From NCBI GenBank assembly GCA_918797485.1, contig CAKKNE010000005.1, positions 1,612,001-1,676,000 of the forward strand: 64,000 nucleotides of DNA, in the 5' to 3' direction. Positions 27,134-37,958 of the stretch are shown one piece after another. The notes beneath the pieces were generated by a model, which made no database searches, had not been told where the DNA came from, and was given only the letters and a program-made list of their open reading frames with translations. Position 1 is the first letter of the stretch, and each line of letters starts with the position of its first letter. A program made the translations under genes and the position numbers. The stretch is from Pelagomonas calceolata (Eukaryota).

Positions 27134-28268
27134 ATGACGCCTAACGAATTTGGACAAGTCCGTTACGGGGTAGAAATGTACTCTATGAAGGAAGAAGATT
27201 TTTTCAAGATGCAATGTTTGAATAACAAAACAATGTTTGGTGTATTTGATGGTCATGGGGGCAAGTTTGTCGCACGCAAATGCGCAGAATATGACTGGGG
27301 CAACGAGCAGTCGTTCGAGGAAATATTCTGGAAGCTTGACGAGACCCTGGGACCCCAATCTCTGAATTCAGGAACCACTGCGTCGATTATGATGATTGAG
27401 TGCGTCCTCTTTTCTCTACCAGTGTATTAAAAGGCACTCAAGTAGGCATCGCAAGAGTAACGACTTCAGAATCAGTTTGGCATGGGTAGGTGACTCACAA
27501 ATACTGGAGATTGATATGATTGCTCCTGTGGCGGGTGTTACTTACTTGACGTCAGCGCACAATTGCATGAACAAGGCAGAGATCACTAGAATTCACAATC
27601 AGTGGCGCGCGCGCAAATTTCTCGAGGAAATGCGCCTTCAGACTCACGTCCAAAATGATTTATTTCAATTTGGAGAACTCACGCAACAAACTTTTGCTTA
27701 CGAGAAGAAGTTGGAGTCCGCCTATGAGCGCATCTTTTCAAGCCATCTGCGTTGCGAGTCCCCATTGTTACAAAGACAACTAAGCTTGCTGGAGAAGAGA
27801 AAATCACATAAGAACGAGGATGGGGCCCTTGCATTGCATGCCCGCTGGTTGCAAATGCCACAAAGCTCTATTGTGCATGGCGCTTCTACCTGTGTTACGC
27901 GTTCTATAGGTGACTGGGATGCGTCACGCACGCTGATTCCTCACCCGGAGATAATTGAGCGTGTTGTCAAGAGGGGTAACCACAAACGCTTTGTAATTGC
28001 AAGTGATGGACTTTGGGGAACACTTTCGCTCAATAAAATTGCCAAGCTTGCCTATAGAAATCGCGATGATCCGCAAAAATGTGCTACATCAATACTGAGG
28101 CATGTGAGGCTGGAGTGTGCCCAACTAAATGGCGTCCGAGAACATCCGTTTAAAGATGATACGACCATAGTGATCGTTGATGTAATCGCAGCCCCGGCAC
28201 CACTTAACCCTCAGCGGGCAGAATGCAAGTCCAGCGTCAAATGGCCATGGCTCTGCAAACTCCGATGA
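27134..28268 (+). CDS. PPM/PP2C protein phosphatase; intron 27400-27445
   Basis: EDFF, FGVFDGHGG, SGTTA, AWVGDS, VTRSIGD, IASDGLW, DDTTIVIVD. Confidence 0.92.
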
Positions 28269-29104
28269 GGTAATAACGACGAGGCTTAATTGGGATTCTA
28301 GCCTAAGATAGTAGTGCTCGAATTCAATTCGGATCTTAACACGAACACACCTGAGGCGTTCAGTGGAAATTAGATATAGTACTGTTCGCCAAGATTGGCA
28401 AGAACATGTGGGAAGGGGCCGGCACCCACTGGCACGGACCACGGTAGAGAATGGTCGCCTGGGCCTTGGCTCTGTTATAATTGACGTGCTCCGCGAGTAC
28501 CACATGCTCTGGTTTGAGCTACGACGCTGGCCCCAGGGCCATTCATCATGATTTTAGGTAGTCCGAGTCGCCTTGTTAGGACGTAATGAGCTGGTAGTAC
28601 TAGTAAGTCCCAGTGTATCATGACCTTGACCGTGACTTGGCTCACACTGGCAAGTTAACTGACTCAAAATGTACTACTGTATTTCAAGTTCTTTATGATA
28701 AAAACTTGAATGGGCCCGGACGTAGAATATGCTCGACTCGGAACGCCCGACTTTGAATGCCATGTATTCGAGTCTGGAAATCGTAACGATAAGTAAAAAT
28801 AAACTTTTACACTCCTGCAAGTTATGATCATTGGACTTAAGTCGCCTGGCCCGGGATGTGCCCATCGCTCTGCCCTCGCCCATCGGGATTGGCTAAGCTC
28901 TTCCCACCGAGGCGCACGGCGCTCGCCGCCGGTTGCTACGCTCCCCTACTCGGTATTCGGTTTACACCGAAACTTGCGTTGTCGTTGCGACTTAGCTCCG
29001 ACCCGACAAAGTATAGGAAATTCGTTCCACGCCGGAGCGGGCTGGGGGATTTTTTTTTGCGTTTTGTCTACCACCTCTCAAAATATTGGGTATTAAAGTG
29101 CTCA

Positions 29105-29278
29105 CCAGGGGTCCGTTTTGATGCCCAAGGCCGTCCGGAGGGCGGCGTAGGAAGGGGGGACGTGTACTCTGTGGGCCCCACCCCGACCCTTCCCCTCGTC
29201 CGAGCCCCTTCGTTTTCGAGGGCCGACGCGGCGTCGCCGCGGCGGCGCCCGCGGGTTGGCCCTGGAAGGCCCCAGGGC
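29105..29278 (+). repeat. ~175-bp GC-rich dispersed repeat, second copy at 55157-55330
   Basis: ccaggggtccgttt.gatgcccaaggccgtccgga...gcgcccgcgggttggccctggaaggccccagggc is present at both loci. Confidence 0.9.
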
Positions 29279-30195
29279 TCTTACAAACAGACGGACACTA
29301 ATAATGTAGCTAGTGTATCTCTGAGGTCCGGCTTTTGGCGTCGGGGGAATTGGCGTGCACGATAACTCAGTCTGAGTTGCATGAACCTGCCCACTGGCCC
29401 GGTTTGGAGCTTCGTGCAGCCGCACGAGCCTGCATCTCGTCCAGTGGGCAGGATTATTGCCCAGGGGCAGCGCAACGAAAATCAGGCCGTTTCTCGTCTT
29501 CGAAGCACGAAATCTCGGCGCGAGGTGCCTAAACGTGCCCAGTGGACGAGCTGCTGCCCGACGACGTCAGGTACGAGCTGCGGTCGAAAAAAAGGGTGTC
29601 GGCGACCGAATATTGAACGAATGGTGCGCCTCATTCGTTTCGAGCGAGATCGAATGGGTCGCACCATTCGACGAATCTTGGGGCTGCGAACCAGCTGACT
29701 GCGGATTATCGTTCTACCCCAGCTGCTCGGCGATATTGCGGAGGAGAGGGCCACACAGCGTCCGGTATCGGGCGGGGGAGGGGGCATCGAAGGGCTGCTG
29801 CAGCAAAAGGGGGCATTTTCTCGCGACGCCGATGTCGGCGCGCAACGCACCCAGCGCAACTCCGGGAGATCGCGCGCGCGCGCGTCATTGTGTAAGTGGA
29901 CTTTTTTGTGTACGCGACGATCCGGCTGAGATAGCGGGCTGCCAATTGCGTCGCTTTGTTTAGCTAAATTTAGCAAGCGTTTCGTCCGTCGGCTAGGAAT
30001 CGTGGCATGTCACTGTCCTTGCCGGTAGCAGCGTCACGCTGACTCGGAGCCTTATATACTGGCCTCCTCATCTGTCGCGTTAGACCACGCCTCCCGAGCC
30101 GCTGACGCGTACGCGTCCTTTGCGACGGAAATTTGGGTTCAAGTTTACCCTAGTTTCTCGGAGCGGAGGAGTCGTGGTCTGTACTCACGGGGCCT

Positions 30196-30650
30196 GACGC
30201 CAAATTGGTGAGATTTTCAATTGATAGCCCGAACGGGGCGCCTTTCGCCCGCTGGGGTCCCAGGGGCATCCTAAGCCCACAGCGACACTAGCTTGCCCCG
30301 AAGGTGTCTCCCTGGAGATGTTGTGAGCCCCCCAAAATGGCCTAACGTGCGGGTATTTGGCTTAACTCGCGGGTTTTCAGGGGGTGAAAGTCAAAACTCG
30401 CTTCTATGCTGGTGCTTTCCCCCTCGAAGTCCCCCTTGGTACCCGCGGCGTCTGCAGGATGCGCAAACACGGCAACCTTTGGTGTATAGTTGCCCAAATT
30501 GTCGCCTGACGCGGCACGAAACGCCACTGGCGCAACGTTCGCGTGGGGGCCCTTCCGACCCCTCGCATTTTTAGGGCCTCACACTCGGCCAGAATGTGGA
30601 GCACCCCCTGGGCCCCATGCGCAGTAAGCTTTCCCCTTCGGGCTATTAAA
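30196..30650 (+). mobile_element. MITE-like element with an internal inverted pair tagcccgaa / ttcgggcta
   Basis: Homology to 20838-21710. Inverted motif near both ends. True termini and TSD not resolved. Confidence 0.55.
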
Positions 30651-30804
30651 GGGGAGGCGTTACAGCCCCCAATTCAATCGGGGTCCGGCCCCTTACTAGA
30701 CTCGGGAAGTTAGGCAGCAGGCCGCTTTTCACTTCCCCAGGTGCTGCCCCTGGCTCCGCTTAGAATCGCCAGCGGAGGAGACGGAGACAAGGAGGTGGAG
30801 AAGG

Positions 30805-33800
30805 TTAGGCAAGGACGTAGACGCCGTCGTGTGTGACAACCTTATTGTAAATGAGCCCGCGGTCAAGAATCCAGATAAGTAATGCAACTCGACAGAGAGA
30901 AGGGTTCTCAAGGCAGTGTGTGCGCGTGGGGAGCTTGGCACGAACTGCACTCCAAGATGGTTTGACCCACGATGTGTTTATGGCGTCCTCCAAGAAGAGA
31001 ACAAGTTGAGTGAGTTCAAGTGCGCTAACCTGCCCATATCTCGCATAATTTTCAGCGCATATCTGAATGCATCTAATATCCTCAGGTGTAGCAGACCCGA
31101 TTGGTAATGCTGCACATAGCGTTAGCAAAGCAATGGGGATTATCTGGTACAAAGGTGTTACTATAGTCGGGTTTAACAATAGGGAAGGGGGCAGACGAGC
31201 TTGGATTCGAAACGGTTTCGTGATGAATGTAGATGCTACTAAGTCAAGGTAATCTGAGACGAGTTTGGGTGAATATTTGAAGAACCGATAGATATTGCTA
31301 CGGTATAGATTGCTTTGCGTTGAGTTCGCAATGACAGAATGCCCAAGTGATTGCTCGTAGCTCATCCAATCATCAAAAGTTGAATTCCAACATTTTCTCC
31401 TTACGTAGTAACATAACTCGGCTTCACCAGCATTTGCTTTTGTCACAGTTCCAGTCCAAATCAACTCGTTCACACGAACAAAAATGTCGTCATTGATATC
31501 AAAATAAGCTTGCGGTAATGCTTCTGAAGACGGCGTCAGCAACTCAGATGACGAAATTGATTTTTCAAGCCAAGCCCAATCGTCGGAATACATGCACGGC
31601 AAGGCAAGATCGGGCTCCAAAAGCATGCATGCTTCAGGGAAAGCGAAAATCATTCTGGTCAAGAGCATATCCATTTCCCCATCACATTCCTCGATGAGAT
31701 ACTGCATAACCTGAGCAATTGACGGCACTGTGGAAAAGCACAGCCATTCACCATCCTGCTTGGACTCGGGGAACCTGCCACCAGTTTCATTGTTGTCTGG
31801 TAGCTTGACCGCCAACATATTTCTTTGATGTGCAAAATACCAATAAATACGTCCCTGAAAATCTAGTCCCAGCGATGGTGTACGTCCAACGGCTGTACAT
31901 TTAAGCTCCCTATCACGGGCTGCTATAGCTTGCCGCCTTCGGTGTTTTAGTTTCCCTGACCGTTGCTTGGCCAAGCAACTCGAGCAAAATTCGTGTGCCA
32001 TGGCCCAGTTTGGGAGTTTTCCTGTGCTTCTGGGAGCCATGTAGAAGTCATTTCGAGAATATACAAATGCACTTTGAAGATAGGCAAGATCGCCCCCGCA
32101 CCACGTGCAGGATGACTCTAGTTGCACATGACTTACAACAGAGCCCGGTAGCGACGGAAAATGATCTATCACCAGCAGATCTTGCAAAATTCTCGTATGC
32201 ACATGCTTATAAAGTTGCTTGCGAGTGCGGTCAGGTTCGACAAGTGATGCCAAATTATCGATTACTTCTGCCGCCAGGATCAATTCTCGCTGCTTACGCA
32301 TACTGCCTGAGGGATATTCTAGGGATGACCGTTCCGCCGCTAAGCTGGTAGCGTGGCATTCATTCTCTGTATTTTGACCTTCACATGTCAAAAAATAACG
32401 CGTGGTGCGCACATTCATATCACAGTCTGCTTGGCAGTCTACACCACATGCATTCACTTTAGTCGCCGAAGCTGCATAGATAAGCAGAGAACTGAGTATA
32501 GCAACCCAATCTTGTAAATTCCAGGTACAGTCAAAAGAAAGAGCCCGTATCGAACCAAACAACTGCTTGGTATCTTTGCTATGCATAGCTTTATTATTTG
32601 CTTCTAAAACACGATCCTTGTGGTCTAGAGACAACCATCGGGTCAATTGCAGAGATCGCACTGAATCTGACGAATCGTTCTCTGTCATCACAACTTCATC
32701 ATAGGTCATTGCCAAGTACCTTTTGTCTTTTCTCTTTAATATCAACTGGGGTATCATTAAAAGCGAATTGCAACCAGGGATGAGGACATGCTCGATGATG
32801 CAAGGGACATTGTAAATCATTGAGACATTTGAGATCATCCTATCAATGGTCCTAACTGCGCCCCCCATGACTAAGCTATCGCAAATAGGACAAAACCAAT
32901 ATGCATCCTTTTCGCTGTCTTTTCTTAAAGGGCGCTTAGAGCAGACTGTATGATAGTAAGCAGAGCATCGATCACAGCGTACAAGTTGCGACGAGGAACT
33001 CGCCTCATCCTTACCACAAACAGCGCAGAATCCCGAGTAGCTGGTGATCAAACTTGAATTGAAATTCTTCTCACGCACCAAACGTTCAAAAGTCGCACTT
33101 AATTTTACCGCAACTCGCGTGATGTGGTATCCCTCGGGCGTGCAGAGATCAGAGGTTTCGAGATTGTGTCTCATATAAGAAACAAAATTTGCGAGCGAGT
33201 TGCCACATTTCCCTGAGAAGGGGGGGTTCTTCGTGCTGGTTAGAGATGTAAATTTTGCTTTGAATTTTGATACCGCAGGCTGTGAGAACAATATTCCCAT
33301 GACATTCCTGCACCACTTGGTGATAGCTGAGGAGTTGCTTCTAAACTGAGGTACATGTGCAGTGTCGCCACGCATGTCGGGCGAAACAGAAGGTTCGTGC
33401 TTTGGTGTCCAAGCCGGGGAGATGTTGAAAATGGACACATTCCCCTGTACTCGCGGATTCAAGTTGCACCGATGCTGTTTGGAGCTTAGGGTCCTAGGGA
33501 TGGGAATTCGAAAACAGCTCTCCCTTTTCAACGTGGAATTTGTGCTCCGACGTAGACAGGAGATTATCCTCGCACCTGTGAGCGCTTGAGCAAGTACATC
33601 AGCTGATTCAGAATTTGGCTCGGCCATCCAACCCCCGGTACTACTAGAAGTTTCTGATCGGATCTCCGAGTCTGTGAATCCAAGCTCACGAAAAGCTTGG
33701 AGTGACAAAGTTAGCTGTGCGAGTGGTTGCCATGTTATCAAATTGACCTCGAGTAAAGACAGCATCAAAGGTTGCAGGCTGCTCGGATGACTTAATCCCC

Positions 33801-34644
33801 AGAAAGAAACCAAACTCTTCAGCGAAATGCGCATCAGAACCATTGCAGCAGAACTCAGCATTTTGTGTGCTTTGGTTTTTGCAACTCTTGAATGTCCCAC
33901 TAAGGACAGCAAAGCCCCCCATAGTTCAGCAACATCGGGAATCTGATGGCTCTTAAAAGCCCGAGCCCAATCAGTCAGTTGCAATACCATACCTAGCATG
34001 CCTTTTATGGGTTGCAAGCTGGTGGATTTGCCAGCTTTGATCAGTCGTCTAAGAGGTGAGACAGCAGTAGGAAAAGTGCGAAAATGTCCAATCACTTTTT
34101 GAGAAGACATACGTAAAGAGGACGACAGGGAATATATTTGGCCCTGTAAACTGGGTGGCGTGGGAATTCGAAGGCGCATTTCCTCCGAATTATCTCGTGT
34201 TAAGAGGAGCGTCCTGATATCATGACAACATGTACTGACGTCTAATTCAGCTGCACGTCTTAAGAGGCGGCACAGGCGATCGAGTTCACGTTCGCGTTCA
34301 CGCCCAAGGCGATGATCACTGAGATGAGAAGACCAGTCTGCATTTCGCTGAATTTTGCTTCCTTGCATCTCTACTACTTCAATGGCTTGCGCTTTCGACA
34401 GGTGTGATTCAAAAAAGGCCGAGTTTTCACCAAACGATGGAACTTTTTTGCTGCGCTTCAGAGCGAAGTCCTGCCCCCCCGCTTGTTTCAGACGTTTGCG
34501 CTGCGTTTTAGGCATTGAGTACGCTGGCGGACGCGCAGTCACTCGCGCGCAAATGGCCCGCTTTTCTTCTAGAAGGGATGCCATTCCTGTTCTATGTTCA
34601 GTTTCCGAGCATACTTTGCTGCCATCGGCCTTCATTCTAGCCAC
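30805..34644 (-). CDS. PHD-finger / WHIM (BAZ/WSTF-like) chromatin protein; an upstream exon is probable
   Basis: C4HC3 PHD (CAVCGKD..RCDRCSAYYHTVC..WFCPIC), WHIM2-like LGLDFQGRIYWYF, WHIM3-like GEWLCFS and chromo-barrel-like YYVRRKCWNSTFDDW. Confidence 0.75.
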   Translation of the reverse strand: MARMKADGSKVCSETEHRTGMASLLEEKRAICARVTARPPAYSMPKTQRKRLKQAGGQDFALKRSKKVPSFGENSAFFESHLSKAQAIEVVEMQGSKIQRNADWSSHLSDHRLGRERERELDRLCRLLRRAAELDVSTCCHDIRTLLLTRDNSEEMRLRIPTPPSLQGQIYSLSSSLRMSSQKVIGHFRTFPTAVSPLRRLIKAGKSTSLQPIKGMLGMVLQLTDWARAFKSHQIPDVAELWGALLSLVGHSRVAKTKAHKMLSSAAMVLMRISLKSLVSFWGLSHPSSLQPLMLSLLEVNLITWQPLAQLTLSLQAFRELGFTDSEIRSETSSSTGGWMAEPNSESADVLAQALTGARIISCLRRSTNSTLKRESCFRIPIPRTLSSKQHRCNLNPRVQGNVSIFNISPAWTPKHEPSVSPDMRGDTAHVPQFRSNSSAITKWCRNVMGILFSQPAVSKFKAKFTSLTSTKNPPFSGKCGNSLANFVSYMRHNLETSDLCTPEGYHITRVAVKLSATFERLVREKNFNSSLITSYSGFCAVCGKDEASSSSQLVRCDRCSAYYHTVCSKRPLRKDSEKDAYWFCPICDSLVMGGAVRTIDRMISNVSMIYNVPCIIEHVLIPGCNSLLMIPQLILKRKDKRYLAMTYDEVVMTENDSSDSVRSLQLTRWLSLDHKDRVLEANNKAMHSKDTKQLFGSIRALSFDCTWNLQDWVAILSSLLIYAASATKVNACGVDCQADCDMNVRTTRYFLTCEGQNTENECHATSLAAERSSLEYPSGSMRKQRELILAAEVIDNLASLVEPDRTRKQLYKHVHTRILQDLLVIDHFPSLPGSVVSHVQLESSCTWCGGDLAYLQSAFVYSRNDFYMAPRSTGKLPNWAMAHEFCSSCLAKQRSGKLKHRRRQAIAARDRELKCTAVGRTPSLGLDFQGRIYWYFAHQRNMLAVKLPDNNETGGRFPESKQDGEWLCFSTVPSIAQVMQYLIEECDGEMDMLLTRMIFAFPEACMLLEPDLALPCMYSDDWAWLEKSISSSELLTPSSEALPQAYFDINDDIFVRVNELIWTGTVTKANAGEAELCYYVRRKCWNSTFDDWMSYEQSLGHSVIANSTQSNLYRSNIYRFFKYSPKLVSDYLDLVASTFITKPFRIQARLPPSLLLNPTIVTPLYQIIPIALLTLCAALPIGSATPEDIRCIQICAENYARYGQVSALELTQLVLFLEDAINTSWVKPSWSAVRAKLPTRTHCLENPSLCRVALLIWILDRGLIYNKVVTHDGVYVLA

Positions 34645-35124
34645 CTGATCTCGCTTCCGACCTGACCTGCATGATCTCTCGCTCGATCTTACAGGGTACG
34701 CCGGGTCTCAACCCTTGCAACTCCAGAGCTCGCGGGTTCCCCGGGCAATCATATTCGCCCCACGGACTTCTTCTTTAATGGACTCTGGCCGGGCAACGCC
34801 GAGTCTTCAAGTTTGCTCTACCGTGCATACATCCTCGTGTTGGCCGCCAGTGCATCGCCCTAACTAAACGAAAAGCGTGTCGTGCGTCGTTGCTGTGGGC
34901 GAAAACGCCGAGGAGGCGCTGTTTGGAGCAACTTGACGAGCACATAGGCTGTAGAGTTAAGACAAAGCTAAAGATAAATCACTCTGGAGATTGAGCCCCG
35001 AGCCTCCAGAGCTCGCGGGTTTCCACGTCGACAGTCTAACCCGGGCAACTACAGGCAAAGTTGAAGATCATTCTGATCAGCCGGAGTCGCCAGTGGGCCC
35101 GGGTACCCAGTGGGCTGCGCCACG

Positions 35125-35570
35125 GGGGCGGACACCCAACCCCAAATTTGCCGTATCTCTATAACTAGACGTCTCGGCCGCCGCCAAATCAAGCCGGGGG
35201 GGGGGGGCTGGGGACCCTCTAGGGTGACCAAAACGGGTAAGCAAAACGATTAGGTTTGGAAATTTTAGTGGCCTGCAGCCCATCGGGTACCCGGCCGCGC
35301 CTATGCATCCGCCCCACGCCATAGGTACCCGAGGGCCCCTGGGAGACCAAACTATCAGCATAGAAGCGAGTTTTGATTTTTCAGTCCGCAGGTCCCTGAA
35401 ATACCCGCACGTTAGGCCCCAGATGGGCAACTTCGCGACCGCGTCTCGCCTCTAAATGACCCCTTTCCCCCAGCCCGGTCACGGGGCGTACAAAGGGACT
35501 CTGTGGGACCCCATAGCCAAAATCGGCGCCGGCCAAGTGGCTAGGAACTCGAATCTCAAATTAGGAGACC
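35125..35570 (-). repeat. Dispersed repeat, longer copy of 16030-16290
   Basis: Reverse-complement block matches to 16030-16290. Confidence 0.8.
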
Positions 35571-36072
35571 GCCCCCCGGCCCCCGTGCTGTGCCCAGGCC
35601 CTGCCACTGGGCCTCTTTTAAGTCAGTTTTTTTTACTTGGGCAAAAAGCGGCTACGCTATTAGTCCGGCCCCTGGGCGGGAGTTGCAGGTCGAGTTTGCT
35701 CATAGGGGCCTGAGTCTCGGCGGGCCACAGCGGGATAGCCGGAGTGTGCCCGTGCTTGGAGACCCGGAGGTAGTCGCACTATCGGAGTGACCTGCCCTTG
35801 GCCGACTTCTTTCCTAGCCTTGCCTACATTCTGCCCCCAGGCTAATCATTCAGGCTAGCTTCAGCCAATGGGTGGTTCTCACGATGCCAACTTGAACGCA
35901 CTGGCAATATTTACCTTATTTCCCCCAGAGAAAGAAAGTGTTGCTTGCTATTCTTGTGTTTTGTGCAGTAGAAGCTTCGTAGGGATGAGTGGCTGATTGA
36001 AACGCCGTGCACACTATAGCATGAATGATTGATTGGCAGGAAATGATGGTTATTGATGCAAGTCCAAAATGC

Positions 36073-37631
36073 TTAAGAGGGGGCTGTGCTCTGCTTACAT
36101 CGTTTGAGTTCAGGTGATGCACAGTCCACACCATGCGCTTGTGAAAGCCAAGACATAGCCAAGCATGAGCCCGCAGAGGGGCGTCTCAGGGCATCAATAG
36201 ATGTCAGTTTCAATATGACTCCCTTGGCTTCTAAACTGATACCGTGCCACACTTCGTTATCATCAAAGCTACAAACTGATCGCTTGTGCTCGAAATTTGA
36301 GTTTGCAGGCTGTGTTCCTGATAGCAAAACAAAAAGAACGATGCCCACACTCCACATGTCTGCAGCTGCACCGTCATAGCCACCCCCCCGGGCTGTGGTG
36401 CCCCTCCCCTGACGCTCCATCACTTCGGGGGCCAAATACCTAATTTGCACTGTGACGCGAATCTTAATTACAGTCATGGCGTACTGTGGCGTTCCGCAAA
36501 ATGTTCGACAGCCATGCGAGCCAACCTGAAAGAATGCGAATGGATTAGCACAATTGAGGTGAACGATAAACTACGCAGCTCCAAAACTGCAGCACCCTTA
36601 GCTAGGCCAAAGTCAGTTAAGAGAACATCTACATCAGAGAACTTTGTGCGGAGCAATATGTTCTCTGGTTTGACGTCCCGATGCGCAATCCCGCGTGCAT
36701 GCAGATAAGCCAATGCAGATAGCAAATGAACCATCGTGTCGCGGGCATCAGACTCTGGATAGTGACCACGCTTCACCACTCGATCAAACAAATCCCCCCC
36801 TTCTACGAGTTGCATCACAATAGCAAAGGAGTCGACATCCTTGTAAGCGTCATGAACAGATACAATAGCTGGATGTGATAGATTCCGAAGCATACGTGCT
36901 TCTTGAAGCAAGTCTGAGAACGAAAAAGTACGCTGGAAAGCAAACTTACGGGTTGGAATTATCTTTGCCGCAAAAGCCTGACCTGTGACGCGATTGACAG
37001 CGCGATAAACCTTCCCTATGGTGCCACTGCCCAACTCTTCACATAGCTGATAGTCTGCCTCGAGGTGCCTGTCTGGCGCTGCTGCAGCCAGAGTAAGCGA
37101 CCGGCAGGTGGGACCATGCTGTGGCGCCATAGTAGTATTTGAATGAGATACATTGACAAACACATGTGCTGTAAAGCGAGATTCTTGTATTTTAGGAGAC
37201 AAGAAGGTTAATTCATCACCGCTACTGAGGAGCCGTCTTTCCTGACGTTTTAGTTTGATTTTGTTTACGAACGTCCCATTTGAGCTCAAGTCTTCAATGT
37301 AAGGTAGGAGTTGGCTAGTTAGCCCAGGTCTATTTTCCCACGCCCGAAAGATTCGACAATGATACCCACTAACTCTGGAGTCGTCAATCACAACATCACA
37401 TTTTTTATTTCGACCAATAGTGTAAATGTCAATCTCCGAGTCTTCAGGAATTTCAGATTTCAAGCAGGCACGAGAGACGAGATCGTAAGTCTTCAAGCCG
37501 TCCGTCGAGGTGTAGAAGGGGGTAAGCCGAGCCCAAAGGGAAGCAGCGCCTAGTCTGGCTTCTGCGCTACCCTCAGAGCTTTCAAGTTGACTATCAACTG
37601 GCTGCGTACATTCTGGACTTTCGTCGAACAT
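36073..37631 (-). CDS. FHA-domain Ser/Thr kinase, CHK2/Rad53/Cds1-like; two introns near the activation loop
   Basis: N-terminal TQ/SQ, FHA (IGRNKKCD..SGYHC..DLSSNGTFVN), kinase motifs LGSGTIG, HRDVKPEN, DFGLAK, FCGTPQYLAPEV, DMWSVG. Confidence 0.88.
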
Positions 37632-37958
37632 TCCCCCACACAATTATCCTTACTAGAGTACCAGGTCCTACAAAAGTTATGTCATATCATTCATACCGTC
37701 ACGGTAGGTATATAGCACGAGTATGTCGTAGCGCTATGTAAAAATACGTGACCGTGCCGGTTAAGTTGAACTTGAACTTAAAGCCTGAGTCGGAGGCCGG
37801 CCCGGTTCACACAACGGACCCCGCCTCAGGTAATGCGCCCGGCGGGATTTCGTGCGAACTTGAACTCAGTCTTAAAGTTTGCGGCCGGCGCGGATACGAT
37901 ATCGTTCAATAAAATATATCATTGCTGGAGCCAGCCACTCGTTGAACGCTAAATCCGT

